A stretch of DNA of 64,000 nucleotides from Nemertoderma westbladi (Eukaryota; Animalia; Xenacoelomorpha). Below are positions 40,092 to 54,932 of this stretch, piece after piece. Location of the stretch: positions 1 through 64,000 of the forward strand of contig JAUCBJ010001293.1 of NCBI GenBank assembly GCA_032718475.1, written 5' to 3'. Under the pieces are notes generated by a model. The model searched no databases and was not told the origin of the DNA. It worked only from the letters and a program-made list of their open reading frames with translations. How positions within the stretch are numbered: position 1 is the stretch's first letter; every line of letters starts with the position of its first letter. The position numbers and the translations under genes were made by a program.

Positions 40092-43000
40092 CACCCATCT
40101 GACCCCACACTACCCATTTTACGGTAGGTACACTATACCCATTTGACCCCACACTATACCTATTTGACCCCACACTATGCCCATTTGACCCTACACTATA
40201 CCCATTTGACCCCACACTATACCAATTTGACCCTACACTATACCCATTTGACCCTACACTATACCCATTTGACCCTACACTATACCCATTTGATACTACA
40301 CTATACCCATTTGAACCTACACTATGCCCATTTGACCCTACACTATACCCATTTGACCCCACATTATACCCATTTGACCCTTAACTATACCCATTTGATA
40401 CTACACTATACCCATTTGATACTACACTATACCCATTTGACCCTACACTATACCCATTGGACCCCACACTTCAATACCCATTTGACCCTACACTATACCC
40501 ATTTGACCCCATACTATACCCATTTGACCCTACACTATACCCATTTGATACTACACTATACCCAATTGACCCTACACTATACCCATTTGACCCTACACTA
40601 TACACATTTGATACTACACTATACCCATTTGACCCTACACTATACCCATTTGACCCTACACTATCCCCATTTGACCCTACACTATACCCATTTGATACTA
40701 CACTATACCCATTTGACCCTACACTATACCCATTGGACCCCACACTTCAATACCCATTTGACCCTACACTATACCCATTTGATACTACACTATACCCATT
40801 TGACCCTACACTATACCCATTGGACCCCACACTTCAATACCCATTTGACCCTACAATATACCCATTTGACCCTACACTATACCCATTTGACCCTACACTA
40901 TACCCATTTGACCCTACACTATACCCATTCGACCCTACACTATACCCATTTGATACTACACTATACCCATTTGACCCTACACTATACCCATTCGACCCCA
41001 CACTATACCCATTTGACCCCACAATATACCCATTTGACCCTACACTATACCCATTCGACCCTACACTATACCCATTTGACCCCACACTATACCCATTTGA
41101 CCCTACACTATACCCATTTGACCCCACACTATACCCATTTGACCCCACACTATACCCATTTGACCCTACACTATACCCATTCGACCCCACACTATACCCA
41201 TTTGACCCCACACTATACCCATTTGATACTACACTATACCCATTTGACCCTACACTATACCCATTTGACCCTACACTATACCCATTTGACCCTACACTAT
41301 ACCCATTCGACCCCACACTATACCCATTTGACCCCACAATATACCCATTTGACCCTACACTATACCCATTTGACCCTACACTATACCCATTTGACCCTAC
41401 ACTATGCCCATTTGACCCTACACTATACCCATTTACCCCACACTATACCCATTTGACCCTACACTATGCCCATTTGACCCTACACCTACACTATACCCAT
41501 TTGACCTCACACTATACCCATTTGACCCTACACTATACCCATTTACCCCACACTATACCCATTTGACCCTACACTATGCCCATTTGACCCTACACCTACA
41601 CTATACCCATTTGACCTCACACTATACCCATTTGACCCTACACTATACCCATTTGATACTACACTATACCCATTTGATACTACACTATAACCATTTGACC
41701 CTACACTATGCCCATTTGACCCTACACTATACACATTTGATACTACACTATAACCATTTGACCCTACACTATGCCCATTTGACCCTACACTATACCCATT
41801 TACCCCACACTATACCCATTTGACCCTACACTATGCCCATTTGACCCTACACCTACACTATACCCATTTGACCTCACACTATACCCATTTGACCCTACAC
41901 TATACCCATTTACCCCACACTATACCCATTTGACCCTACACTATGCCCATTTGACCCTACACCTACACTATACCCATTTGACCTCACACTATACCCATTT
42001 GACCCTACACTATACCCATTTGATACTACACTATACCCATTTGATACTACACTATAACCATTTGACCCTACACTATGCCCATTTGACCCTACACTATACC
42101 CATTTACCCCACACTATACCCATTTGACCCTACACTATACCCATTTGATACTACACTATACCCATTTGATACTACACTATACCCATTTGACCCTACACTA
42201 TACCCATTGGACCCCACACTTCAATACCCATTTGACCCTACAATATTCCCATTTGACCCCACACTATACCTATTTGATACTACACTATACCCATTCGACC
42301 CCACACTATACCCATTTGACCCTACACTATACCCATTCGACCCCACACTACACCCATTTGACCCTACACTATACCCATTTGACCCTACACTATACCCATT
42401 TGACCCTACACTATACCCATTTGACCCTACACTATACCCATTCGACCCCACACTATACCCATTTGACCCTACACTATACCCATTAGACCCTACACTATAC
42501 CCATTTGACCCTACACTATACCCATTTGACCCTACACTATACCCATTTGACCCTACACTATACCCATTTGACCCTACACTATACCCATTCGACCCCACAC
42601 TATACCCATTTGACCCTAGACTATACCCATTAGACCCTACACTATACCCATTTGACCCTACACTATACCCATTTGACCCTACACTATACCCATTTGACCC
42701 TACACTATACCCATTCGACCCCACACTATACCCATTTGACCCTACACTATACCCATTCGACCCCACACTACACCCATTTGACCCTACACTATACCCATTT
42801 GACCCTACACTATACCCATTTGACCCTACACTATACCCATTTGACCCTACACTATACCCATTCGACCCCACACTATACCCATTTGACCCTAGACTATACC
42901 CATTAGACCCTACACTATACCCATTTGACCCTACACTATACCCATTTGACCCTACACTATACCCATTTGACCCTACACTATACCCATTCGACCCTACACT

Positions 43001-46000
43001 ATACCCATTCGACCCCACACTATACCCATTTGACCCTACACTATACCCATTTGACCCTACACTATACCCATTCGACCCCACACTATACCAATTTGACCCT
43101 ACACTATACCCATTTGACCCTACACTATACCCATTCGACCCCACACTACACCCATTTGACCCTACACTATACCCATTTGACCCTACACTATACCCATTTG
43201 ACCCTACACTATACCCATTTGACCCTACACTATACCCATTTGACCCTACACTATACCCATTCGACCCCACACTACACCCATTCGACCCCACACTACACCC
43301 ATTTGACCCTACACTATACCCATTTGACCCTACACTATACCCATTCGACCCCACACTATACCCATTTGACCCTACACTATACCCATTTGACCCTACACTA
43401 TACCCATTCGACCCCACACTATACCCATTTGACCCTACACTATACCCATTTGACCCTACACTATACCCATTCGACCCCACACTACACCCATTTGACCCTA
43501 CACTATACCCATTTGACCCTACACTATACCCATTTGACCCTACACTATACCCATTTGACCCTACACTATACCCATTTGACCCTACACTATACCCATTCGA
43601 CCCCACACTACACCCATTCGACCCCACACTACACCCATTTGACCCTACACTATACCCATTTGACCCTACACTATACCCATTTGACCCTACACTATACCCA
43701 TTTGACCCTACACTATACCCATTTGACCCTACACTATACCCATTTGACCCTACACTATACCCATTCGACCCTACACTATACCCATTCGACCCTACACTAT
43801 ACCCATTTGACCCTACACTATACCCATTTGACCCTACACTATACCCATTCGACCCCACACTATACCCATTTGACCCTACACTATACCCATTCGACCCTAC
43901 ACTATACCCATTTGACCCTACACTATACCCATTCGACCCTACACTATACCCATTTGACCCTACACTATACCCATTTGACCCTACACTATACCCATTTGAC
44001 CCTACACTATACCCATTCGACCCTACACTATACCCATTTGACCCTACACTATACCCATTTGACCCTACACTATACCCATTCGACCCCACACTATACCCAT
44101 TTGACCCTACACTATACCCATTTGACCCTACACTATACCCATTTGACCCTACACTATATCCATTGGACCCCACACTTCAATACCCATTTGACCCTACACT
44201 ATACCCATTTGACCCTACACTATACCCATTCGACCCTACACTATACCCATTTGACCCTACACTATACCCATTTGACCCTACACTATACCCATTCGACCCC
44301 ACACTATACCCATTTGACCCTACACTATACCCATTTGACCCTACACTATACCCATTTGACCCTACACTATATCCATTGGACCCCACACTTCAATACCCAT
44401 TTGACCCTACACTATACCCATTCGACCCCACACTATACCCATTTGACCCTACACTATACCCATTTGACCCTACACTATACCCATTCGACCCCACACTACA
44501 CCCATTTGACCCTACACTATACCCATTTGACCCTACACTATACCCATTTGACCCTACACTATACCCATTTGACCCTACACTATACCCATTTGACCCTACA
44601 CTATACCCATTCGACCCCACACTACACCCATTCGACCCCACACTACACCCATTTGACCCTACACTATACCCATTTGACCCTACACTATACCCATTTGACC
44701 CTACACTATACCCATTTGACCCTACACTATACCCATTCGACCCTACACTATACCCATTTGACCCTACACTATACCCATTTGACCCTACACTATACCCATT
44801 CGACCCCACACTATACCCATTTGACCCTACACTATACCCATTTGACCCTACACTATACCCATTTGACCCTACACTATATCCATTGGACCCCACACTTCAA
44901 TACCCATTTGACCCTACACTATACCCATTTGACCCTACACTATACCCATTCGACCCTACACTATACCCATTTGACCCTACACTATACCCATTTGACCCTA
45001 CACTATACCCATTTGACCCTACACTATACCCATTTGACCCTACACTATACCCATTTGACCCCACACTATACCCATTTGACCCTACACTATACCCATTTGA
45101 CCCTACACTATACCCATTTGACCCTACACTATACCCATTCGACCCCACACTATACCCATTTGACCCTACACTATACCCATTTGACCCTACACTATACCCA
45201 TTTGACCCTACACTATATCCATTGGACCCCACACTTCAATACCCATTTGACCCTACACTATACCCATTTGACCCTACACTATACCCATTCGACCCTACAC
45301 TATACCCATTTGACCCTACACTATACCCATTTGACCCTACACTATACCCATTCGACCCCACACTATACCAATTTGACCCTACACTATACCCATTTGACCC
45401 TACACTATACCCATTCGACCCCACACTATACCCATTTGACCCTACACTATACCCATTTGACCCTACACTATACCCATTTGACCCTACACTATACCCATTT
45501 GATACTACACTATACACATTCGACCCCACACTATACCCATTTGACCCTACACTATACCCATTCGACCCCACACTACACCCATTTGACCCTACACTATACC
45601 CATTTGACCCTACACTATACCCATTTGACCCTACACTATACCCATTTGACCCTACACTATACCCATTCGACCCCACACTATACCCATTTGACCCTACACT
45701 ATACCCATTAGACCCTACACTATACCCATTTGACCCTACACTATACCCATTTGACCCTACACTATACCCATTTGACCCTACACTATACCCATTCGACCCC
45801 ACACTATACCCATTTGACCCTACACTATACCCATTCGACCCCACACTACACCCATTTGACCCTACACTATACCCATTTGACCCTACACTATACCCATTTG
45901 ACCCTACACTATACCCATTTGACCCTACACTATACCCATTCGACCCCACACTATACCCATTTGACCCTACACTATACCCATTAGACCCTACACTATACCC

Positions 46001-48040
46001 ATTTGACCCTACACTATACCCATTTGACCCTACACTATACCCATTTGACCCTACACTATACCCATTCGACCCTACACTATACCCATTCGACCCCACACTA
46101 TACCCATTTGACCCTACACTATACCCATTTGACCCTACACTATACCCATTCGACCCTACACTATACCCATTTGACCCTACACTATACCCATTTGACCCTA
46201 CACTATACCCATTCGACCCCACACTACACCCATTTGACCCTACACTACACCCATTTGACCCTACACTATACCCATTTGACCCTACACTATACCCATTTGA
46301 CCCTACACTATACCCATTTGACCCTACACTATACCCATTCGACCCCACACTATACCCATTCGACCCTACACTATACCCATTTGACCCTACACTATACCCA
46401 TTTGACCCTACACTATACCCATTCGACCCTACACTATACCCATTTGACCCTACACTATACCCATTTGACCCTACACTATACACTATACCCATTCGACCCT
46501 ACACTATACCCATTCGACCCCACACTATACCCATTTGACCCTACACTATACCCATTTGACCCTACACTATACCCATTCGACCCTACACTATACCCATTTG
46601 ACCCTACACTATACCCATTTGACCCTACACTATACCCATTCGACCCTACACTATACCCATTTGACCCTACACTATACCCATTTGACCCTACACTATACCC
46701 ATTTGACCCTACACTATACCCATTCGACCCTACACTATACCCATTTGACCCTACACTATACCCATTTGACCCTACACTATACCCATTCGACCCTACACTA
46801 TACCCATTTGACCCTACACTATACCCATTTGACCCTACACTATACCCATTTGACCCTACACTATACCCATTTGACCCTGCACTATATCCATTGGACCCCA
46901 CACTTCAATACCCATTTGACCCTACACTATACCCATTTGACCCTACACTATACCCATTTGACCCTACACTATATCCATTGGACCCCACACTTCAATACCC
47001 ATTTGACCCTACACTATACCCATTTGACCCTACACTATACCCATTCGACCCTACACTATACCCATTTGACCCTACACTATACCCATTTGACCCTACACTA
47101 TACCCATTCGACCCCACACTATACCCATTTGACCCTACACTATACCCATTTGACCCTACACTATACCCATTCGACCCTACACTATACCCATTTGACCCTA
47201 CACTATACCCATTCGACCCCACACTATACCAATTTGACCCTACACTATACCCATTTGATACTACACTATACCCATTTGATACTACACTATACCCATTTGA
47301 CCCTACACTATATCCATTGGACCCCACACTTCAATACCCATTTGACCCTACACTATACCCATTTGACCCTACACTATACCCATTCGACCCTACACTATAC
47401 CCATTTGACCCTACACTATACCCATTTGACCCTACACTATACCCATTCGACCCTACACTATACCCATTTGACCCTACACTATACCCATTTGACCCTACAC
47501 TATACCCATTCGACCCTACACTATACCCATTTGACCCTACACTATACCCATTTGACCCTACACTATACCCATTTGACCCTACACTATACCCATTTGACCC
47601 TACACTATACCCATTTGACCCTACACTATACCCATTTGACCCTACACTATACCCATTCGACCCTACACTATACCCATTCGACCCTACACTATACCCATTC
47701 GACCCCACACTATACCCATTTGACCCTACACTATACCCATTCGACCCTACACTATACCCATTTGACCCTACACTATACCCATTTGACCCTACACTATACC
47801 CATTCGACCCCACACTATACCCATTTGACCCTACACTATACCCATTTGACCCTACACTATACCCATTTGACCCTACACTATATCCATTGGACCCCACACT
47901 TCAATACCCATTTGACCCTACACTATACCCATTTGACCCTACACTATACCCATTCGACCCCACACTATACCCATTTGACCCTACACTATACCCATTTGAC
48001 CCTACACTATACCCATTCGACCCCACACTACACCCATTTG
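40092..48040. repeat. 21-bp satellite, ~7.9 kb (GACCCTACACTATACCCATTT) with occasional 24-bp variant units
   Basis: Roughly 375 units; ORFs (PFDPTLY)n, (HYTHLTL)n and (SVGSNGY)n are repeat translations. Confidence 0.97.
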
Positions 48041-49569
48041 GCAATAGGAACAAAATTCGCAAAATATCAATAGGAACAAAATTCGCGCCACCGTTCAAGG
48101 ATTAGTTACACCAACAGACACAGCGATGTTGAAATCGTGGGAACTGTATGATAAGCACGCTCGCTAACTTTAGTCTAGTAGTCAAGTAGACAGTACCGAC
48201 CACCGTTCAAATTGGGTATGACTGCAGTTTTTTTTGCTGAAAGTGTTAACTTGTATAAACCATTTGAAATTATGTTATATTTCACATAGTCCGCATTGAG
48301 CAATTTTTTCTAGAACACTATTTATCTTAACGACAGATTTTTTACATAGCAACAATAATGAATTAACACGCAGGGGTATATTTATCTATTTAGACAATGG
48401 TCAATCATAAATAAGGAGAAACCAAGCTCGAGAAAATAAAAATGTAAGGAATAAGGATTATGTTTGCAGTTATGAGTTACAAATTTTGTAACATTGCAGT
48501 GTTATGGCAAACACTGTTACTGGTAGTGAACTTGTAATACATACAAGGCTCGGTGTGCAATTTGGAGCTCATCACTGTGGCCAAGTAATGCACCGACATA
48601 TCTGTCTGTCAGGAATATATGCTGTCAGCACCCTAACTCTCGCTAGACATGTATCCTCAAGAACTGGTGGAAAATATGTTGGAAATATGTTAATTCGAAT
48701 GTGGACTTTGTGGCCGACGCATTTATGGACAGAATGGCGCAGGTTTATCCTTAACGAAGTAGCAGTGGTTACCCAAACTGAGATGTTGTTTCTGTAAGGT
48801 GATGTCCGGTATTACCAGTGGACCGTGAAATAAAAGGTGGAAGATTGTCGATGAAACAACTTCTGCATTTGCAGTAATTACTTTTAGTTGAATGTTTGAT
48901 AATATATTTATTTACACGTTATCACAGTCCTTGTTCGCACACTTGCAATAAAAATTGAAAGCCCAATTTACAAATTGCTCCCACATCCAACCAAAGTTTA
49001 TAGGCTATAGTAGCGGCTGCCGGCTGCATATTATCTACAGCCGCTCTCCAGAATAATACTTGCGAGCCCGCTCTTCTTATATTCATTCTTGACTGCTGCA
49101 GTTTCCTTTAATTCTAAATTTTACATCTGAAATAAATAATACTTTCATTATATTTTGTGCAAGATAATTCGCAATGCTAGGTTAGCTTTGCAGGAATTAA
49201 AAGTTCTAGGAATTCGAATAATATATCAATATCTGCATTATACAATAGTAAAAAAAACCAATCAAACAGTCGGACTGAAGGCATCTCTTCGAAGATAGGG
49301 ATTTAGTCGCAATCAAAATTCATCCCTCTCCAGGGAAAAATCGACGCAAATAACAGCTGGATACTCCCAAAAATAAAACTGTAACCTGTTCTGTTGACTT
49401 TCGTTTATCATTTTGGTTAGAATAACGTGCCACTGTAACATGCTTCTGTCTCCCTCTTCAGTAGCTGCTACCCGAAGGTATGACTGGTGCTACTCGTATC
49501 CCAAGGTTTGTTCCCAGTAATTCAACAGGTACTCATTTTATCGACCCCAGTGAATGAAAGAAGGTCGAG

Positions 49570-50685
49570 CAGAATGAGAACCAACCTGTTGAAACTTAGA
49601 AAGACACTAAATATTGCTACAATGAACGCACGCACTCTAAAACTGCTTATCAAACATTATTGCAGCTCTGGCAATGGAATATTACATCGACATCATTTGT
49701 ATTCAAGAATATCAGATTAGTCATGAGACATTGCCATCAAGTATAATGAATGACATTTGAAATGGACGTTTATAACGTCCATCCACTTCCAGTCTGCAAA
49801 TTCAGCAGAAAGCAATTCGGTCAAAGTTTCAATTGGTTGAGTATGAATTCTCCTAAGTCCATTTACACTTCTGACACTAAACCCCATCGAATATAAAAAT
49901 TCCAGGATCATAAACTAATATAATTACAACATTTTTGGTGGGAATCACAAGACAACAGCAATGTGTTGTTGCTACAGTCCAACCAACAATGCATCAGAGA
50001 CAGAACAAACAGTCAAGGACTAGACGATTTGAAAGGGCTTATAAAGTCATTGATACCTACAAACACCACATTCGAAAAGAGTAAGGATGGACATTTAACT
50101 GCGAGGCATACAGTAGTCAGCTCGTTCAACCTAATTTGTTCGGACCAGACCAGACTGCAGAGCTCAGACTCAGTTTGAGAGCCAGTAAACTCAGGACAAG
50201 CAAGCAAATCAACTATAACTGGGAGAAACTCAGAACTGACAATGCAGTAAAGGAAGCTTACACAGTAGAAGTTCAAAACCGCAAGAGAGAAGATGTTAAG
50301 ATACTCCTACTCCAAAGTAAAAACTGAACAACCAACAGCCGAAAACATCAACAAGGTTGAGAAAGCTAAACAACTAGGCACCTGCCGAACTCCAAAGAAG
50401 TATTAAAAGCATGTCCAATTATAAAGCGAGTAGTGGATTAGGTGAAATCCCTGAAGAGGTATGGAAAACCGGAGTGCTAAAAAGACCATTTTCGGATGAT
50501 TGCAACCGGATGTTAAAAGGGGACAATCCACCACCAATTTGGACTAAAGGTCAACTAAAGCCTCTCCCCAAGAAAGGAGACCTCGGCATACCAACAAACT
50601 ATCGTGGGATCTGTCTGCTTGTGGTAGCTGCCAAAATATGCAATAAAATGATTCTATATAGGATTAGGCCTCACTTAGAGAATGT
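49570..50685 (+). pseudogene. Degenerate RTE-like LINE: AP-endonuclease start and RT N-terminal part, with internal deletions
   Basis: LNIATMNARTL (APE motif I); EIPEEVWK..WTKGQLKPLPKKGDLGIPTNYRGICLLVVAAKICNKMILYRIRPHLE (non-LTR RT domains 0-2). Confidence 0.85.
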
Positions 50686-52349
50686 TGCTCTTTTATGTTG
50701 CGTTTTATTCACTTTTTTTTTTATATAGGCCTATGTTATAAACAAATAAAGTTGAAAAAATATTTCTTTCATAACAAAAAAAATCTGCCATATTTTAAAA
50801 TAAATAAATAAAATCTGAAATATTAAAAAAAAATGAAATAATATTGTATAAATGTTGGGTAACGGCAATATGTTCCAGAACATTTATATGTATCAAAACT
50901 TAAAAATAGCTACAAAAAAAAGTATTATAAAATGATCAATAATGCTTGATAGGGCCGCGGTGATGGAGACGTTTTAAAATTATTTTCCAACAACAATTGT
51001 AAAGCGAAAATACAAGTCTTTTTAAATATAAGTATTATACAATATTCTATATATTAAAAGGTGGTGTACATTAAGTATATTACCTTTAAAATTGACGTAA
51101 CAACTTCGATAGAATCGGGTTCCCAAAATAGTTAGGTCTTCAAGCTCACCATCTCCCAAATCCAAATGAATCTTCAAATTTCCATCAAATTCTTCGTATC
51201 GCGGCAATCTTGTTTCGCAAATCAATGGCAAAAGTCCTTTCTCATATTGCTATCGCTGCATTTTTCTTGCGTTTCCAACTTTTGGATTTTTTGGATCTAT
51301 CGCCTTACATAAGGCGGTAGATCCAGATAAGGCAATCTTTCTCAAACCTAAATGTCACTATTAATCACAATAATTTTTAATTATTTTAGTCAAAGCACTC
51401 GTTGCCTCCAACTCTCTTTAAGGTTATTTTCATTGCCTAAATGTAACTTATTACTGCAATGTTTTGAATCATAAAAACATAATATTCTAGAATGTTTAAT
51501 GTTGTTGCTAACACATTCTCTACATAGATTAACATTTTTTTGGAAATTTTGTTATGATTTTATCCTCCAAACAAACGGCAATAAAAAAAATTGCTCAACC
51601 TTTCCCAAAGTCTTTATAGCGAAAATTTATTATTATAATGTGGAACAACATCATGAGCAAATAAAATTGCAGTCATACGCTGGTGAACGGTTCGTCAGTA
51701 AAATGTACCAAGCGTCTACTCGACTATAGCTACTGTAACTGCGGAAACTTAGATAAAGGAATGTTTAACCTGGTTGCCTAACAATAATATTGTTAGGCAA
51801 CCAGGTTAAACATTAACAAAAATTAAATTTCACCATAAAAAGGAGATAAGGATATTATCCTTATCTCCTTTTTATGGTGAAATTTAATTTTTCAATTTAA
51901 TTTTGCGAATATTTAATTTCGCTAATCACTTTAAGGTCCCTTTACTGCCGGAATTATGAAACCTTTGTAATAACAATTATTTTTTGGTCCGATTTTACTG
52001 CATTACACTTAAATAACATAAAAAATATAAATATTACACTTATAAACGTTATTTTCAAGAACATATTATTTGGTATCGAATTCGATGCAATCGGCAAAAA
52101 AGTTATCTTTTTTATTTTGTTTTTTTAACAAATATGCCGATTGTATCAAATTAGATACATATTTAATTTATTTGGAATCGCAGGCATATAGTGGTGTATT
52201 AGTCATTTAGTTGCTACATTTAGGTTACTAGTGATGGTACAACTGGGTTACGAACGAGGTTACAATTTGGTAATGTGTGAGGTTACAATTTGGTTACGAG
52301 TAAACTGGAACTGGTTTATGACGAGGTTGACCTCGTTAACTGTGTCAGA

Positions 52350-53065
52350 AGTTGAGTTACAGTTCGGTCATGAGTGGGATACAGCTCGATCACAAGTGAG
52401 TAACAGCCTTGTTACGAGTAAGTTACAGCTCAGTCACAAGTGAGTTACAGCTTGGTCACAATTGAGTTACAGCTCGGTCATTATCACAGTTATGTTACAG
52501 CTCGGTCACAAGTCACAGCTCGGTCACAAGCAAGTCACAGCTCGGTCACAAGCAAGTCACAGATCGGTCACAATTGGGTTTTCAGCTCGGTCACAAGTGA
52601 CTTACTGCTCAGTCACAAGTGAGTTACAGCTTGGTCACAATTGAGTTACAGCTTGGTCACAATTGAGTTACGCTTGGTCAGAAGAAAGTCACATCTCGGG
52701 CACAAGTGAGTTACAGCTCGGTAACAGGTGGGTTACAGCTCGGTCACAAGTGAGTTACAGCTCGGTAACAAGTGGGTCACAGCTCGGTTACTAATGAGTT
52801 GCAGCTCGGTCACAAGTGAGTTACAGCTCGGTAACAAGTGGATTACAACTCGGACACAAGTGAGTTTACAGCCCGGTCACAAGTGAGTTACAGCTCGGTA
52901 ACAAGTCAGTAACAGCTCGGTCACAAGTGAATTACAGCTCGGTCATTAATAAGTTACGGCTCGGTCACAAGTAAATTACAGCTCGTTTACACGTGAGTTA
53001 CAGCTCGGTAACAAGTGGGTCACAGCTCGGTCACTAATGAGTCACGGCTCGGTTACAGGCGAGTT
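52350..53065. repeat. 22-bp minisatellite (GAGTTACAGCTCGGTCACAAGT)
   Basis: About 30 diverged tandem units. Confidence 0.9.
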
Positions 53066-53255
53066 ATGATCATGAGTGGGTTACTGGCCTAGAGATGATC
53101 CTCCTTCATCAGGAATTGACCTGCCTTAGTGAGATTTTCAAATAAAATTAAGCCTATTGTATCTAATTTGATACATGTTATTAAATGATCTCAAATATTA
53201 CTATTTACAGGGGTATTGTACGGAGCCCAGGAAGGGACATGAGAAAAATATTTTT

Positions 53256-53356
53256 CTAACACGAGTCCACGTGTTACTAACACGAGCCCTCGTGTTACTA
53301 ACACGAGCCCACGTGTTACTAACACGAGCCCTCGTGTTAGTAACACGAGCCCTCAT
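53256..53356. repeat. 21-bp palindromic subterminal repeats of the left TIR (TAACACGAGCCCTCGTGTTAC)
   Basis: 4-5 tandem palindromic units, mirrored at 58900-58999. Confidence 0.85.
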
Positions 53357-53389
53357 GATAGCTCCAACGACCATTTACGTTAATATTAC

Positions 53390-54537
53390 ACGAAGTGGGG
53401 CCTTCGCGCAGCACGTGACTTAATTATACTTAGTTATACATTTCGCCCTCTAGCGGCAGACTGGAGGACTCCAGACCGTTTACTGCCCACCAAAGACTCA
53501 GGCCGACTTCTACTACATATCTGCTACGTTTCAGCTTGAACGGATCATAAATAACGAGATGGGAGAAAGATTTCACTTTCAAACATTTCGCCCTCTAGCG
53601 GCAGACTGAAGAACTGCACACGGATTAGCCTTTAATTCAATTCAATTCAATTCCTTCTTTCAAAGTCACAGCTAATGGTCTAGTACATATCTGCCAAATT
53701 TCAGCATAAATGGATTAAAAGCAAAGAAATGGGAGGACATTTAACGTTTAGACATGTGGCCCTCTAGCAGGAGACTATTGCTCTGATGGTGTCTGAAAGT
53801 CTCTCAAACGTCTCAACTTTAGCTCATATTGATACCTACAAATTTTCAACTTGGCAGCTTTAAATCCGACAAAGTTATTAGCATGTCAAAATCGTAACGA
53901 CGACAACGATTTCACTTTCAGACCTTTGGCCCTCTAGCGGCAGACTGGAGAACTGCAGATGGATTCGCCTCCTTTGAAAGTCACTGCTAATGGTCTAATA
54001 CATATCTGCCAAGTTTCAGCTTAAACGGATTAAAAGCAAATAAATGGGAGGGCATTTAATGTTTAGACATGTGGCCCTCTAGCGGGAGACCATTGCACTG
54101 ATGGTGTCTGAAAGTCTCTCAAAAATCTCAACTTTTGCTCATATTGATACCTACAAATTTTCAACTTGGCAGCTTTAAATCCGACAAAGTTATTAGCATG
54201 TCAAAATCGTAACGACGACAACGATTTCACTTTCAGACCTTTGGCCCTCTAGCGGCAGACTGGAGAACTGCAGATGGATTCGCCTCCTTTGAAAGTCACA
54301 GCTAATGGTCTAATACATATCTGCCAAGTTTCAGCTTAAACGGATTAAAAGCAAAGAAATGGGAGGGCATTTAATGTTTAGACATGTGGCCCTCTAGCGG
54401 GAGACCATTGCACTGATGGTGTCTGAAAGTCTCTCAAAAATCTCAACTTTTGCTCATATTGATACCTACAAATTTTCAACTTGGCAGCTTTAAATCCGAC
54501 AAAGTTATTAGCATGTCAAAATCGTAACGACGACGAC

Positions 54538-54630
<93 letters not shown>

Positions 54631-54726
54631 AACGACGACGACGACGACGACAACTATTTGCATAAATTGACCCACCCCCTAACAGTGTCAATTCGCTAAG
54701 GCTCCGCCAACTTCGTGGCTCGCCCC
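53390..54726 (+). mobile_element. Non-autonomous insert (Helentron/HINE-like) splitting the left TIR; three ~315-bp tandem repeats plus (GAC)n
   Basis: The intact right TIR gives the empty site AATATT-AC-AAAT; the filled site is AATATT-AC-[ACGAAGTGGGGCC..ACTTCGTGGCTCGCCCC]-AC-AAAT. CATATCTGCC at 53686, 54001 and 54316. Confidence 0.8.
54527..54651. repeat. (GAC)n microsatellite, ~40 units
   Basis: Read directly; explains the poly-D and poly-R ORFs. Confidence 0.97.
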
Positions 54727-54932
54727 ACAAATTTGGAGTTGTTTGATTGGTTGTAGTAACATAGGAGAACTAAATTGGAGGGAAATTAAAATTGTATCTC
54801 AGTGGTTCTTACGTTTCTGTTCTGTTCCTGTATGTTCGTGTATGACAACAGTTCGAAGTTTCCCACTTAATTGAATTCGCAGTAATTCAACTTAGCAGCG
54901 CGAACTATTGCATGCCCAGCACATTTTGACAT

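Noticed and set aside
40081-48105. Very long ORFs (up to 1443 aa) PFDPTLY/HYTHLTL/SVGSNGY
   Set aside because: Translations of a 21-bp satellite, open on both strands, with no unique termini and broken by frameshifting units.
48500-48800. Minus-strand ALLGHS and HS..SATK fragments hinting at a Crypton-like tyrosine recombinase
   Set aside because: Needs frameshifts and lacks a clear catalytic Tyr/Arg; too weak without a profile search.
51022-51290. Minus-strand 69-aa ORF with FYRSCY, reminiscent of DNA-transposon YHRxCY motifs
   Set aside because: Short, with no catalytic motifs or matching termini; cannot be assigned.
54476-54730. Poly-Asp / poly-Arg ORFs
   Set aside because: (GAC)n microsatellite within a non-autonomous element.
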